A DNA stretch of 64,000 nt from an uncultured bacterium (GCA_964371055.1 CAYJLF010000025.1:10029-74028), one strand, 5' to 3'; shown: positions 1 to 9,745, numbered from the stretch's first letter. Program-made: numbers and translations. The notes: generated from the sequence alone by a model not told the origin.

Positions 1-395
1 ACCTGGTCGATCGCTCCTCGGAGAAGAACATCCTCGGGGTGATGGAGCGGGAGAACCCGGACCTGGCCACGCAGATCAAGAATCTGATGTTCGTCTTCGA
101 GGATGTCCTGCATCTCGGCGACCGCGAGATCCAGCGCGTCCTGAAGGACGTCGACTCCCGCGACCTGGCGGTGGCGCTCAAGCTGGCCTCGGACGAGGTC
201 AAGACCAAGATCTTCGGGAACCTCTCGCAGCGCGCGGCCGAGATGCTCAAGGACGAGCTCGACTTCCTCGGCCCGGTGCGGCTGAAGAACGTCGAAGACG
301 CGCAGCGGCGGATCGTCGATGTCGTGCGCAAGCTGGACGAGGGCGGGGAGATCCACATCAGCCGCGGCGGCAAGGGGGAGGAGCTCATTGTCTAG
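1..395 (+). CDS. fliG: Flagellar motor switch protein FliG, C-terminal part. The gene begins upstream of the window and the frame is open from position 3.
   Basis: The translation (LVDRSSEKNILGVMERENPDLATQIKNLMFVFEDVLHLGDREIQRVLKDVDSRDLAVALKLASDEVKTKIFGNLSQRAAEMLKDELDFLGPVRLKNVEDAQRRIVDVVRKLDEGGEI) matches the conserved FliG C-terminal torque-generating domain. It sits directly 5' of fliH and fliI. Confidence 0.85.
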   Translation, partial: LVDRSSEKNILGVMERENPDLATQIKNLMFVFEDVLHLGDREIQRVLKDVDSRDLAVALKLASDEVKTKIFGNLSQRAAEMLKDELDFLGPVRLKNVEDAQRRIVDVVRKLDEGGEIHISRGGKGEELIV

Positions 396-1014
396 CGTGC
401 TGCGGACTCCCCCGGTCGAGTCGCGGGCCTTCTTCCTGCGCCCCCCGGATGCGTGCGAGACCGAGAGGCTCGCCCGCTACAGCGACCTCGAACTCCGCGA
501 GGCGCTGGCCGGGGCGACCGGGAGCGCGGAGGCGCGGGTGCGCGCGGAGATGGAGTCGACGCTGCAGGAGCTGTCCGAGCGGACCGCCCGCGCGGCGGAC
601 GGGCTCATCGCTGCGGCCCGCGGCCTCGCGGCCGGGCGCCGGGGGCTGCTCGAGTCGGCGGCCGAGGAGGTGATCGCACTGGCGATGGCGATCGCGGAGA
701 GGATCGTCCGGCAGCAGATCGAGCTGGACCATGAGGTCGCCTTGCGCGCGGCGCGCGAACTCCTGCAGCGGGCGGCGGCCGGCGCGCGGGTCGTGGTCCG
801 CCTCTCGCCGAGCGACCACGCGCTGGTCCAGGAGCGGTTGGATGGACTGGCCGAGACCTCCGGACTCGACGGGGTCAGGCTGCGGGTCGATCCGACCGTC
901 ACCCCGGGGGGGTGCGTAGTCGAGACCGATGCCGGAAGTCTGGATGCCCGGATCGAGACGCAGCTCGAGCGGATCGCCGCCGCGCTCCGCCCGGTCCTGG
1001 AGGAGGCGGCATGA
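388..1014 (+). CDS. fliH: Flagellar assembly protein FliH, the regulator of the FliI ATPase. The start codon is uncertain: TTG at 388 or GTG at 397. The ATG at 319 would overlap fliG by 77 nt.
   Basis: It lies between fliG and fliI. The C-terminal region (AIAERIVRQQIELDHEVALRAARELLQRAAAGARVVVRLSPSDHALVQERL) is typical of the FliH/YscL family. Its stop overlaps the fliI ATG (ATGA). Confidence 0.7.
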   Translation: MSSVLRTPPVESRAFFLRPPDACETERLARYSDLELREALAGATGSAEARVRAEMESTLQELSERTARAADGLIAAARGLAAGRRGLLESAAEEVIALAMAIAERIVRQQIELDHEVALRAARELLQRAAAGARVVVRLSPSDHALVQERLDGLAETSGLDGVRLRVDPTVTPGGCVVETDAGSLDARIETQLERIAAALRPVLEEAA

Positions 1015-2366
1015 GCGAAGCAGCCGCCACGATCCTCGGCCGGGCCCTCGATCGCAGTCGCGAGCAGCTCGACCTCGTCGATCCGGTCCGTGAGACCGGT
1101 ACCGTCGTCAAAGTCGCCGGGCCGCTGGTCGAATCGACCGGCCCGCGCGCGGCGGTCGGGGAGATCTGTCCGATCCTGTCGGCGGGAGGGCGCGAGCCGA
1201 TCGTCGCCGAGGTGGTGGGATTCCGCGACCATCGCCTGCTTCTCATGGCCTACGGGTCGATGGATGGGCTCCGGGCCGGAGCGGAGGTCCGTTCGACCGG
1301 CCAGCCGCTCCTGGCGCCGGTCGGCGACGCTCTGCTCGGGCGCGTGCTCGACGGCCTGGGCCGGCCGATGGACGGCCGCGGCCCGCTGGAGGGCGCGGCG
1401 ATGGTTCCGGTCGCCGTCCGTCCGCCGCACCCGCTCGACCGCCAGCGGATCAGCGAACCTCTCGGCACCGGCATCCGTTCCATCGACGGGCTCAACACGA
1501 TCGGCCGCGGCCAGCGGGTCGGGATCTTCGCCGGCAGCGGCGTTGGCAAGTCGGTCCTGCTCGGTACGATCGCGCGGCGGACCGATGCCGAGGTCAACGT
1601 GGTGGCGCTGGTCGGCGAGCGCGGGCGCGAGGTGAAGGAGTTCCTCGATCGCGACCTGACCGAGGAAGGACTCTCCCGCTCCGTCGTCGTGGTCGCGACC
1701 TCCGAGCAGCCTCCGCTGGTCCGGGTCAAGGCCGCGCTCCTGGCCACCCGCATCGCCGAACACTTCCGCGACCGCGGACGCCACGTCCTCTTGATGATGG
1801 ACTCGCTGACCCGCTTCGCCATGGCGCAGCGCGAGGTCGGGCTCCTCGCCGGCGAGCCTCCCACCACGAAGGGATACACCCCGAGCTGCTTCGCCGCCCT
1901 GCCGCAGCTTCTGGAACGAGCGGGGATGGGCGAGCGCGGTTCGGTCACCGGCCTTTACACCGTCCTGGTCGAGGGGGATGACCTCAACGATCCGGTCGCC
2001 GACGCGGCCCGCTCCGTCCTGGACGGGCACATCGTCCTCTCGAGGCTGCTCGCCACGATGAACCACTATCCGGCGGTCGACGTCCTCGAGAGCGTCTCCC
2101 GCTGCATGCCCGACGTGGCGCACCCCGGCCAGGAGGAAGCCGCCGCGCGCGTGCGCGAGTGGCTGGCCGCGTGGCGCGGCTCGGAAGATCTCATCCAGCT
2201 CGGCGCCTACGTGGCCGGCACGAATCCTGTCACCGACGAAGCGATCGCGCGCCGCCCGGCCATCCTGCGCTTCCTGCGGCAGGGCTCCGGCGAGGGGACG
2301 CCGATCGAGCGAACGGTCTCCTGGCTGATCGAGCTGGCGACGTCCAGTGGGGAGGAAGGGCGATGA
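1011..2366 (+). CDS. fliI: Flagellum-specific ATP synthase FliI
   Basis: A Walker A motif (GSGVGKS) is present with an F1/T3SS ATPase fold signature (SLTRFAMAQREVGLLAGEPPTTKGYTPS). The ATG at 1011 overlaps the fliH stop. Confidence 0.95.
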   Translation: MSEAAATILGRALDRSREQLDLVDPVRETGTVVKVAGPLVESTGPRAAVGEICPILSAGGREPIVAEVVGFRDHRLLLMAYGSMDGLRAGAEVRSTGQPLLAPVGDALLGRVLDGLGRPMDGRGPLEGAAMVPVAVRPPHPLDRQRISEPLGTGIRSIDGLNTIGRGQRVGIFAGSGVGKSVLLGTIARRTDAEVNVVALVGERGREVKEFLDRDLTEEGLSRSVVVVATSEQPPLVRVKAALLATRIAEHFRDRGRHVLLMMDSLTRFAMAQREVGLLAGEPPTTKGYTPSCFAALPQLLERAGMGERGSVTGLYTVLVEGDDLNDPVADAARSVLDGHIVLSRLLATMNHYPAVDVLESVSRCMPDVAHPGQEEAAARVREWLAAWRGSEDLIQLGAYVAGTNPVTDEAIARRPAILRFLRQGSGEGTPIERTVSWLIELATSSGEEGR

Positions 2367-2806
2367 AGAAGTTCCATTTCACGCTCGAGGGGGTGGCCCG
2401 GGTGCGGGAGCTGGGCGTGAAGGAGCGGGAGCGGACGCTCGCCGCGGCCCACGATGCGCAACGCCAGGCCGAGGAGGCCCGCGTCGGCGCGGCTGCGCGG
2501 CTGGAGCATGCGGTCGCCTCGTCGCCGGCCGGCACCATCGTGCATGTCCGGCATCTCCTCGAGCTCGACGCGGAGCGCCGTCGCCTGCGGACCGAGCTCT
2601 TGCGGGAGGAGAACCGGCTGCAGCACGAGGACCGGCGGGTGGAGGCGGAACGTGGTCTCCTCATCGAGGCGCGCCGAGGGGCGCAGGCGGTCGAGAAGCT
2701 GCGTGAGCGCCGCTACGCCGAGTTCCTGCGCGCGGTCGTGCGGGCGGAGCAGAAGGTGACCGATGAGGCGGCGGCGAGATCGCACCGCCAGGCGAGGGTG
2801 TCGTGA
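2363..2806 (+). CDS. fliJ: Flagellar export chaperone FliJ, about 147 aa and coiled-coil
   Basis: It sits immediately after fliI. The protein is small, Arg/Glu-rich and coiled-coil (LEGVARVRELGVKERERTLAAAHDAQRQAEEARV). Its start overlaps the fliI stop. Confidence 0.7.
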   Translation: MKKFHFTLEGVARVRELGVKERERTLAAAHDAQRQAEEARVGAAARLEHAVASSPAGTIVHVRHLLELDAERRRLRTELLREENRLQHEDRRVEAERGLLIEARRGAQAVEKLRERRYAEFLRAVVRAEQKVTDEAAARSHRQARVS

Positions 2807-3474
2807 CGCGAATCTCTGAGCGGGGGGCAGGTCCTCTCGGATCGATTCTCGCCCTCCTCTTCGGCGGGGGCGCGGCGATGGTCGTGATCGCGCTCTTCAT
2901 GACCGGGCTGGCGCAGGAGGCGATCCTGCCGCGGATCAAAGCGCGTGCGGAACGGGCGATGGCGGATGTCCGCTCGCGCGTCGACGGCGCGCGGAGCGAC
3001 TCGACCGCGGTCGCCGAGATGGACCCCGCGGTGGCCGGAAGTACTGCCGGCTCGGCGTCGGACCCGGCCGTGGATGACTCTCTCGCCGCTCTTCGCTCGC
3101 AGCTCGAGACCGAAAAGGCGTTTCTCGCGGAGCGCGAGCGGGAACTGCAGCGGATGCGTGGAGGAATCGACAGCCTGATCAACGGGCGCGCGGCGCTTCA
3201 GGAGACCGAGCTGAAGCGTCAGGCGAAGCTCCTGGCCGCGATGCGGGCCGACGAGGCGGCGCGCGTGCTCGCCGCGATGCCCGATCCGCTGGTGCAGGCC
3301 CTTCTGGCGCAGATGAACGCCCGGGCCGCGTCCAAGGTGCTCGGAAAGCTCGATCCAGTCCGGGTGGCGCGTCTCTCCACCCAGGCCATGACCCAGGCGG
3401 ATCTTTCGAGTTCGGTTCTCCCCTCGGGATCGGACGGAACGCCCGCCATCGACCCGGCGGTGAGCGCGCCCTGA
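2803..3474 (+). CDS. YlxF/MotE-like flagellar protein with a MgtE-N-like helical domain, between fliJ and fliK
   Basis: It has an N-terminal transmembrane helix and a C-terminal motif (AKLLAAMRADEAARVLAAMPDPLVQALLAQMNARAASKVL) that resembles the MgtE-N / MotE / YlxF family. The position matches ylxF in the Bacillus fla operon. The GTG start overlaps the fliJ stop. Confidence 0.5.
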   Translation: MTRISERGAGPLGSILALLFGGGAAMVVIALFMTGLAQEAILPRIKARAERAMADVRSRVDGARSDSTAVAEMDPAVAGSTAGSASDPAVDDSLAALRSQLETEKAFLAERERELQRMRGGIDSLINGRAALQETELKRQAKLLAAMRADEAARVLAAMPDPLVQALLAQMNARAASKVLGKLDPVRVARLSTQAMTQADLSSSVLPSGSDGTPAIDPAVSAP

Positions 3475-3514
3475 GCGGCGCTCATCCCAGGATCCGTGGA
3501 ACCAGGAAGGTACC

Positions 3515-6493
3515 ATGAGCCTGTCCCCGTGGATGCAGATCCTGACCGGAGGAGCGCGGAGCTTCTCCGGCCCGACCGTGCCCCTCTCGCCCCGGCGAGA
3601 AGCGGAGACCTGGATCGCGGACCGACCGCGCCTCGATGACTTCGCCGCGACTCTGGCGGCGGCCGGTGACGCAACGGACGAGGTCTCCCGTGCCGTCGAG
3701 AGCCCGGAGGACGACGTCGCGCTGGCGCCCCGTCCGCGCGATCGAGCCGATGTCGGGCGCGAGCCGCGCGATCGGCGCGAGGTCGCTGAAGAGGCGCGGG
3801 CGGAAGCCGACGCGGCCGGCACCAAGGAGCAAGCGCGCGACCGGGCCGACGTGGAGGAGCAACGCGACCGCGCGCAGACGCGAGCCGCGGACGCGATGAG
3901 AGCCCAATCCGCACCGGCGCCGGAGTCGCGTCCAGAGCCCCCGACGGTCGGCTCGAGCGCGGACGTCGCGAACCCTGAGGGTGACGCCGCCGAGTCCGCG
4001 CAGACGATCTACGCGACCGCGAGCGGATCGCGTCCGTCGGGGTCGGCCGGCTCCGTGCCCGGTAGCGACCCCCGTCCTGCGTCGTCGACGCGACTCGAAT
4101 CGGACGCGAGCGGGCCGAGTCACGAGGGGCGGGGAGTGCCAGCGGCACCCGGGACCTCCGGCGGCCGCGCGTCCTCAACCTCGCTTCGCGCGGAGGACGC
4201 AGGGCGGATGGCGAACGCGACGGCACCGGGCACGAACCTTTCCGCCGGGATCGCCACGCCTGCGACGGGCGTCACGACGATGGTGGCCGCGCTGCCCGGC
4301 AGCGCTGCTCAACGCCTCCCGGCGTCCGGCCGCCGCGCGGAGACCACCCCTGTGGCTGTCGCCCCCCTGCCGGTGACGCCGGGCTCGAGCGATGCCCCCG
4401 CCGCCGAGCGCGGGCCGAGCGGATCGATGGGTGGTCCGGATCGGTCGATCTCCTCACTTCTCCGCGGGCTTCCGATCGGATTCCCGGGCGGCGGGAGCGG
4501 AGAGCTTGCGATCGATGTGCCGGCGACGGCGACTGGACCTGGCCCGGCCTCCGGGACGAACGGCGCGAGCAACGACGCATGGCGGGTGACGTCGCCGGCT
4601 GGCTCTGCCCGCGGGCCGCAGGTCGCGATGCCTACGCTCGCGGCGGCCGCCGCGGGGGACGCCACGACCACCGCGGCCGCGGAGCAGGCGGGAATCTCGA
4701 CCGGCGGCGCGTTCTCCGTGGGCGCGGAGGTCACGTCCGCCGTGAGACCGGGTGCGCCCGGCGGCGAAACGACGATCGCGGCGCCGACGAACGATCCTTT
4801 GGTGAAGGCGGATCTGGCCATGGCGGCGCCCGCTTCGGCCGGGGGTGAGATGCCGGTCGACCGAGGCCCGTCGCTTGCCTCGACGATTCCTGGCTCGACG
4901 TCGGGTCCGCAGGGAGGCTTGCGGGTGGATGACGGCGCCGGCGTGCGCGGCCTCGACTCCGCGCCGCGACCGGCGACGGTGGTGCCGGGAGCGGAGCGTC
5001 TCGGTGCATTCCAGCGTGCGGACGGGGCGTCTGCGGCCGCGGGGACGAAGTCGACCTTCGAGCACGGAGCGAGCTCGAAGGCCGCGGAGGCCGGACCGCG
5101 CACGGAGTCCACAGCCACGGCGAACGCTGCGGGCCAGACGGGACCCGCCGTCGGGGATGACGGCCTGCTGCCGACGGGGCGGGCGCAGGTGCCCGTGTCC
5201 GCTCCCGACGGAAGTGCTCCCTCGCCCTCACCGTCCGTATCTCCCTCTCACGGTGCGTCCACCGCGACACCGGGCGAGTCGGCCCTGTCGCGTGCGGGGG
5301 CGGATCGGCCGGGAACGGGAGAAGGCGTGCGGGGCGCATCGACGCGGGGTGGATCGTCCGACCTTTTGACCGGCGCGGCCACGGTGGGAACGGCCGGAAT
5401 GGCCGACGCCCCACCACGCGGCGACCCGGCCTCGGGGGGCCTTCCGGACGGATCGATGGCTCCGGCGTCCGGGCTCTCGCTCGAGTCCAGCCGCTCCGTG
5501 GCGCCGGCCTGGCAGGTCGATCGCGGGGCCACGCCGCAGGGCGCGTCGGGATCGACGTCCTTGTCCAAAGCCGTCGCCGACGCGACGAACGACGCGACCC
5601 ATGGCGCGACCCACTCCTCCGCATCCTCGCGCGCGGCGTCGGAGGCGATGGAGGCCGCCACGACGGCCGCGGTCTCGTCCCCTTCGAACGCCGCGATGAC
5701 GTCCGCCCCGATCGCCGCGGGCTCGACGGAGCCTTTCTCCGCTGCCGTGGATGCCTCGCATGCGGCCGCGGCGGGCGGCGCGATGCCCCTCGAGGAGTCA
5801 TCGCAGCCGATCCGGTCGAGCGGGGAACCCGTCGTGTTGGCACCGGCCACGCGCTCGTCGAGCGGGTCACCGGCCGCGGCCTCCCGCGCGACGCCACGCG
5901 TGCTCGATCCCGGCGCCCCGGTCACGCCGCGCGATCTGCCGACCGCGGTTCCTCACACCTTGAAGCTGGCCGTGCGCGAGGGGGTACGTGAGGCGCGGAT
6001 CCGCCTCTGGCCGCCGGAACTGGGAGCGGTGCGGGTCGACCTGCGCGTGAACGGGCATCAGGTGACGGCTCGTTTCGAAGCCGAGCGGGCCGACGTCCGC
6101 ACGATGCTCGAGAGCATGCGGAGCGAGCTGAGCCGCGGCCTGCAGGAGGCGGGCCTGAAGTTGCAGAGCCTGGACATCGCCGCGGCCGGTGACGGTGCCC
6201 TGCGGAGCTCGGGCGGCCCCGAGGCTCGCGCGGCCGGTGGAAGCTCGTCCCTGACGGGCGGTTCGTCCGACGGGAGCGGATCGCCGGATCGGAACGGATC
6301 GAACCCGCTGGGTGGAGACGATGCCTGGAGCGCGGGTGCGCGCCAGGGCGGGCGTCAGGGCGAGCACGGCGGAGGCGCGTCGCCGCGCATCGATCCGGCT
6401 TCGCGAGTGGCGCCGGAGCGTGAGGCGGTGGATCGCGGGCGATCCGGCCCGGTCGGGCCGGACCAGCGCGACGCCGTCGATGCCTGGGCCTGA
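3515..6493 (+). CDS. fliK: Flagellar hook-length control protein FliK, unusually long at 992 aa
   Basis: The C-terminal Flg_hook domain (LKLAVREGVREARIRLWPPELGAVRVDLRVNGHQVTARFEAERADVRTMLESMRSELSRGLQEAGLKLQSL) is preceded by about 800 aa of Ala/Ser/Gly/Pro/Thr-rich low-complexity ruler region. A good RBS (AGGAAGG) precedes the start and the gene sits upstream of flgD. Confidence 0.8.
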   Translation: MSLSPWMQILTGGARSFSGPTVPLSPRREAETWIADRPRLDDFAATLAAAGDATDEVSRAVESPEDDVALAPRPRDRADVGREPRDRREVAEEARAEADAAGTKEQARDRADVEEQRDRAQTRAADAMRAQSAPAPESRPEPPTVGSSADVANPEGDAAESAQTIYATASGSRPSGSAGSVPGSDPRPASSTRLESDASGPSHEGRGVPAAPGTSGGRASSTSLRAEDAGRMANATAPGTNLSAGIATPATGVTTMVAALPGSAAQRLPASGRRAETTPVAVAPLPVTPGSSDAPAAERGPSGSMGGPDRSISSLLRGLPIGFPGGGSGELAIDVPATATGPGPASGTNGASNDAWRVTSPAGSARGPQVAMPTLAAAAAGDATTTAAAEQAGISTGGAFSVGAEVTSAVRPGAPGGETTIAAPTNDPLVKADLAMAAPASAGGEMPVDRGPSLASTIPGSTSGPQGGLRVDDGAGVRGLDSAPRPATVVPGAERLGAFQRADGASAAAGTKSTFEHGASSKAAEAGPRTESTATANAAGQTGPAVGDDGLLPTGRAQVPVSAPDGSAPSPSPSVSPSHGASTATPGESALSRAGADRPGTGEGVRGASTRGGSSDLLTGAATVGTAGMADAPPRGDPASGGLPDGSMAPASGLSLESSRSVAPAWQVDRGATPQGASGSTSLSKAVADATNDATHGATHSSASSRAASEAMEAATTAAVSSPSNAAMTSAPIAAGSTEPFSAAVDASHAAAAGGAMPLEESSQPIRSSGEPVVLAPATRSSSGSPAAASRATPRVLDPGAPVTPRDLPTAVPHTLKLAVREGVREARIRLWPPELGAVRVDLRVNGHQVTARFEAERADVRTMLESMRSELSRGLQEAGLKLQSLDIAAAGDGALRSSGGPEARAAGGSSSLTGGSSDGSGSPDRNGSNPLGGDDAWSAGARQGGRQGEHGGGASPRIDPASRVAPEREAVDRGRSGPVGPDQRDAVDAWA

Positions 6494-6516
6494 CGGAAGG
6501 CGAAAAGGAGAACGGC

Positions 6517-7173
6517 ATGGAGATCACCTCGACCACCTCGGCGACGCAGACCGGTACGACGGCGGCGGCCTCGCGCGAGACGATGGACAAGGATTCGTTC
6601 CTCAAGCTGCTCATCACGCAGATGCAGTACCAGGATCCGCTCTCGCCGATGGACAACACGGAGTTTCTGGCGCAGATGGCGCAGTTCAGCTCCCTCGAGC
6701 AGATGCAGAACCTGAATTCGAGTTTCGAGACGAACATGCTGCTGACCCAGGCGCTCAACAACTCGGCGGCGGCGGGACTGATCGGTCGTCACGTCCGCGC
6801 ATCGGGGGACACTGTCGCGCTGGGTGAGAGCGGCGGCGTCGAGCTTGGCTACTTCCTGCCGTCCGAGGCGGAGACGGTCACCATCACGATCTATGACAGC
6901 CAGGGACGCGAAGTGCGCACGCTCGTCAGTGATCAGACCGACAGCGGCGCCCAGCGCTTCACCTGGAACGGTAACGATCTTTCGGGACAACGGGTGGCCG
7001 CGGGCGACTACAGCTTTGCGATTTCAGCCAAGGATGAAAACGGCGCGGAGATCTCGGCCACGAGCCTGGTCTCCGGGCTCGTCGAAGGGGTGACCTACCG
7101 GAACGGCGGAGCCTATCTCCTGGTCGAGGGACGCGAGATCTCGCTCTCCGAGGTGTTGGAGGTCTACCAGTGA
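6517..7173 (+). CDS. flgD: Flagellar hook capping/assembly protein FlgD
   Basis: The N-terminal FlgD motif (KDSFLKLLITQMQYQDPLSPMDNTEFLAQMAQFSSLEQMQ) is followed by a C-terminal FlgD Ig-like domain (TVTITIYDSQGREVRTLVSDQTDSGAQRFTWNGNDLSGQRVAAGDYSF). Confidence 0.9.
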   Translation: MEITSTTSATQTGTTAAASRETMDKDSFLKLLITQMQYQDPLSPMDNTEFLAQMAQFSSLEQMQNLNSSFETNMLLTQALNNSAAAGLIGRHVRASGDTVALGESGGVELGYFLPSEAETVTITIYDSQGREVRTLVSDQTDSGAQRFTWNGNDLSGQRVAAGDYSFAISAKDENGAEISATSLVSGLVEGVTYRNGGAYLLVEGREISLSEVLEVYQ

Positions 7174-7343
7174 GGCACAGCAGACCGGCGGCCGCGCGCC
7201 GAAGTGATAGAGCCGGGGATCGCCGCGACCAGCGCGGATGCGGCGACTCCCCCCGCGATGGCCCCGTCCGCGGCCTTCGCGAACCGGGCGGCCGGAGGCC
7301 GTTCCCCACAGCAGGGTTTCAGTCTTAGGAGGAGCAGCTCGCC

Positions 7344-9044
7344 ATGATGCGTTCACTCTTTTCAGGGGTATCCGGGCTGGCGATCAACATGGTCCGGATG
7401 GATGTGATCGGTAACAACGTCGCCAACGTGAACACGGTCGGGTACAAGTCGGCCCGCGTCACCTTCGAGGAGACGATGACGCAGCTCCTGAAAGGGGCAA
7501 CCGCGCCACGCGGCGAACTCGGCGGATCGAACCCGACCCAGGTCGGGACCGGAACCCGGCTCGGCACGATCGACAGCGTCTTCACGCAGGGGAGCATGGA
7601 GTCGACGGGGATCGACACCGACCTCGGCATCCAGGGGCGGGCGTTCTTCGTCCTCTCCGACGGTTCGAACCACTTCTTCTCCCGGGCCGGCTCCTTCCAG
7701 CTCGACGGCAACGGACACCTGGTGAACCCGGCGAACGGCTACACCCTGCAGGGGTTCGCCTATGACCGGATCGCCGACACCTACACCAACCTGCCGGGCA
7801 CGATCAAGCTGCCGCTCGGCGAGGTCGAGCCGGCCAAGGCGACGACCGCGCTGCAGCTCCGCGGCAACCTCGATGCCGACTCCGAGCCGCGCGGGACGCG
7901 GTCTCTCTCCGCGATCTTCTACGGAGCTGACGGTGAGCCGGCGTCGGCCGAGACGAAACTGGACGACCTGAAGGGAGACCCCGGTTCGGTCATCGACCTT
8001 CTGACCGCGGGGGACACGGTCAGCTTCTCCGCCACGGTGGGGGGCGTTCCGGTCGGCTCCAGCCTTGGCGTGCAGAGCGGAACCACGCTGGGCGACCTGC
8101 TCAGCGGCATCGGGGAAGTCCTGAACTCGGTGGAGGGAGTCGAGGGAATCACGATGGAGGTCGGGTCGGACGGGCGGCTGCGAGTATCGACTCCGGACGG
8201 CCTCGGGAGCATCGCCGAGGTGACCGGACTGGTGATTCAGGCGCAGGATGACACGCTGATTCCGCGGGACGACTTCAACGGCCTGGCCGCCATGACCGAA
8301 ACCCAGGCGGCGCGCGACGCGCTCGTCTTCGTCGAGGAGAGCACCGTGTACGACTCCCTCGGCTTCAGCCACGTCGTGCGCACGGAGTTCACCCGCATCC
8401 TGGGCGCCAACCAGTTCACCTGGCAGGCCCTGGTGGATGACGGCGCCACGCCGATCCTGCAGGGCGGTTCGGGCAAGGTGACCTTCAATGCGGACGGATC
8501 GTTCAACGGCTTCTTCTACGACGCGGCCGGAGACATCATCCCGACGCGTCTCGCGATCTCCCCGACGACGGGCGCGCGGACTCCGCTGGAGATCGGCTAT
8601 GACCCCGGCCAGCCGAACGGATTCGCCGGAATGACGCTGGTGCGGGCGCCGGCCACCCTGGAGGCGACGAGCGACGGCTTCAACAAGGGAACCGCCGTCG
8701 ACTTCCGCATCGACCGGACCGGCACCGTCGTGTCGATCTTCTCGAACGGCGTGACCCGCCCGGTGGCGAAGATCGCGATGGCTGAGTTCGTCAACCCCAC
8801 CGGCCTCGTCCGCTTCGGCGACAACCTCTACCAGTCCTCGGTCAACAGTGGCCAGCCGCTCGTCGGCACGGCCGGCGGTGCGGTCGAGGCGACGGTCTTC
8901 AGCGGCAGTCTCGAACAGAGCAACGTGGATCTCGCCCGCGAGTTCACGAACATGATCCTGGCCCAGCGCGGCTTCCAGGCCAGCTCCCGGGTGATCACCA
9001 CCAGCGACGACGTGCTGACCGAGCTTCTGAATCTGAAGCGGTAG
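7344..9044 (+). CDS. flgE: Flagellar hook protein FlgE, 566 aa, with a central inserted domain
   Basis: The N-terminus (MMRSLFSGVSGLAINMVRMDVIGNNVANVNTVGYK) and the C-terminus (FTNMILAQRGFQASSRVITTSDDVLTELLNLKR) are the conserved flagellar rod/hook terminal helices. Confidence 0.95.
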   Translation: MMRSLFSGVSGLAINMVRMDVIGNNVANVNTVGYKSARVTFEETMTQLLKGATAPRGELGGSNPTQVGTGTRLGTIDSVFTQGSMESTGIDTDLGIQGRAFFVLSDGSNHFFSRAGSFQLDGNGHLVNPANGYTLQGFAYDRIADTYTNLPGTIKLPLGEVEPAKATTALQLRGNLDADSEPRGTRSLSAIFYGADGEPASAETKLDDLKGDPGSVIDLLTAGDTVSFSATVGGVPVGSSLGVQSGTTLGDLLSGIGEVLNSVEGVEGITMEVGSDGRLRVSTPDGLGSIAEVTGLVIQAQDDTLIPRDDFNGLAAMTETQAARDALVFVEESTVYDSLGFSHVVRTEFTRILGANQFTWQALVDDGATPILQGGSGKVTFNADGSFNGFFYDAAGDIIPTRLAISPTTGARTPLEIGYDPGQPNGFAGMTLVRAPATLEATSDGFNKGTAVDFRIDRTGTVVSIFSNGVTRPVAKIAMAEFVNPTGLVRFGDNLYQSSVNSGQPLVGTAGGAVEATVFSGSLEQSNVDLAREFTNMILAQRGFQASSRVITTSDDVLTELLNLKR

Positions 9045-9115
9045 GCGCGAGGCAGAACCGAGGCGGGCGTCCGTGACCGGCACCAAGGCCGGCCGGCGCC
9101 CGCGGGGAGGAGACG

Positions 9116-9745
9116 ATGGCGGAGGAGAAGGCGGCGGCGAAGGCGTCGGCGAAGGCGGACGACGGTCCGGCCAAGGCCGAGGAGGCGGCCGACGGTGCGA
9201 AGGGGGCGAAAGGACCGCTCATTCCGCCGATCATGATCCGCTTCTCGATCCTGGGGGGGATCCTGGTCGTGATGGCGGTCGGTGCGATCTTTCTCGTGAC
9301 CGATGTGATCGCCCCGAGGCTGAAGAAGCTGGGCGAGCCGGTCGCGCCGGCGACCGAGGAGGCACATGCCGCTCCGCCCGAAGCGCATCACGCGGCGACC
9401 GAGCTTGTGACCATCTCCGACCTCGTGGTCAATCCGGCCGGTTCCGGCGGCCGCCGCTACCTCAAGGTCGCGGCCGCGATCGAAGTCACGGTGCCGGAGA
9501 CCAAGGGGAAGAAGAAGGCGAAGGCCGAGGGCGAAGGAACCCACGGGGCCGCGGCCGCGGGCGGGTTGCAGGACGCGCGCCTCCGCGACCTCCTGATCCG
9601 GGAGTTGTCGGCCCGCACGCTGGAGGAGCTGACCGATCCGGTGTCGAAGGAAGAGGCGCGGCTTTCGATCATGGCGGGGCTGGAGGAGATCCTCGGCTCC
9701 GGCCGCGTCGCGGCTGTCTACTTCACCGAGTACGTAGTCCAGTAG
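9116..9745 (+). CDS. fliL: Flagellar basal-body-associated protein FliL
   Basis: It has a single N-terminal transmembrane segment (IMIRFSILGGILVVMAVGAIFLVTDVIAP) and a FliL-like periplasmic domain (LVTISDLVVNPAGSGGRRYLKVAAAIEV ... YFTEYVVQ). It is positioned upstream of fliM. Confidence 0.75.
   Translation: MAEEKAAAKASAKADDGPAKAEEAADGAKGAKGPLIPPIMIRFSILGGILVVMAVGAIFLVTDVIAPRLKKLGEPVAPATEEAHAAPPEAHHAATELVTISDLVVNPAGSGGRRYLKVAAAIEVTVPETKGKKKAKAEGEGTHGAAAAGGLQDARLRDLLIRELSARTLEELTDPVSKEEARLSIMAGLEEILGSGRVAAVYFTEYVVQ

Noticed and set aside
912-2366. Longer fliI start at 912, and the fliH start at the ATG at 319
   Set aside because: These would create 100-nt and 77-nt overlaps with the upstream genes. 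The ATG at 1011 overlaps the fliH stop as ATGA. The TTG at 388 sits just before the fliG stop, which fits the coupling seen throughout the operon. Conserved N-termini begin near these downstream starts.
2207-3825. Minus-strand ORFs 2207-2785, 2661-3182 and 2713-3825 overlapping fliJ and ylxF
   Set aside because: They are antisense to the coupled flagellar genes. The translations are Ser/Arg-rich low-complexity sequence, which is a GC artefact.
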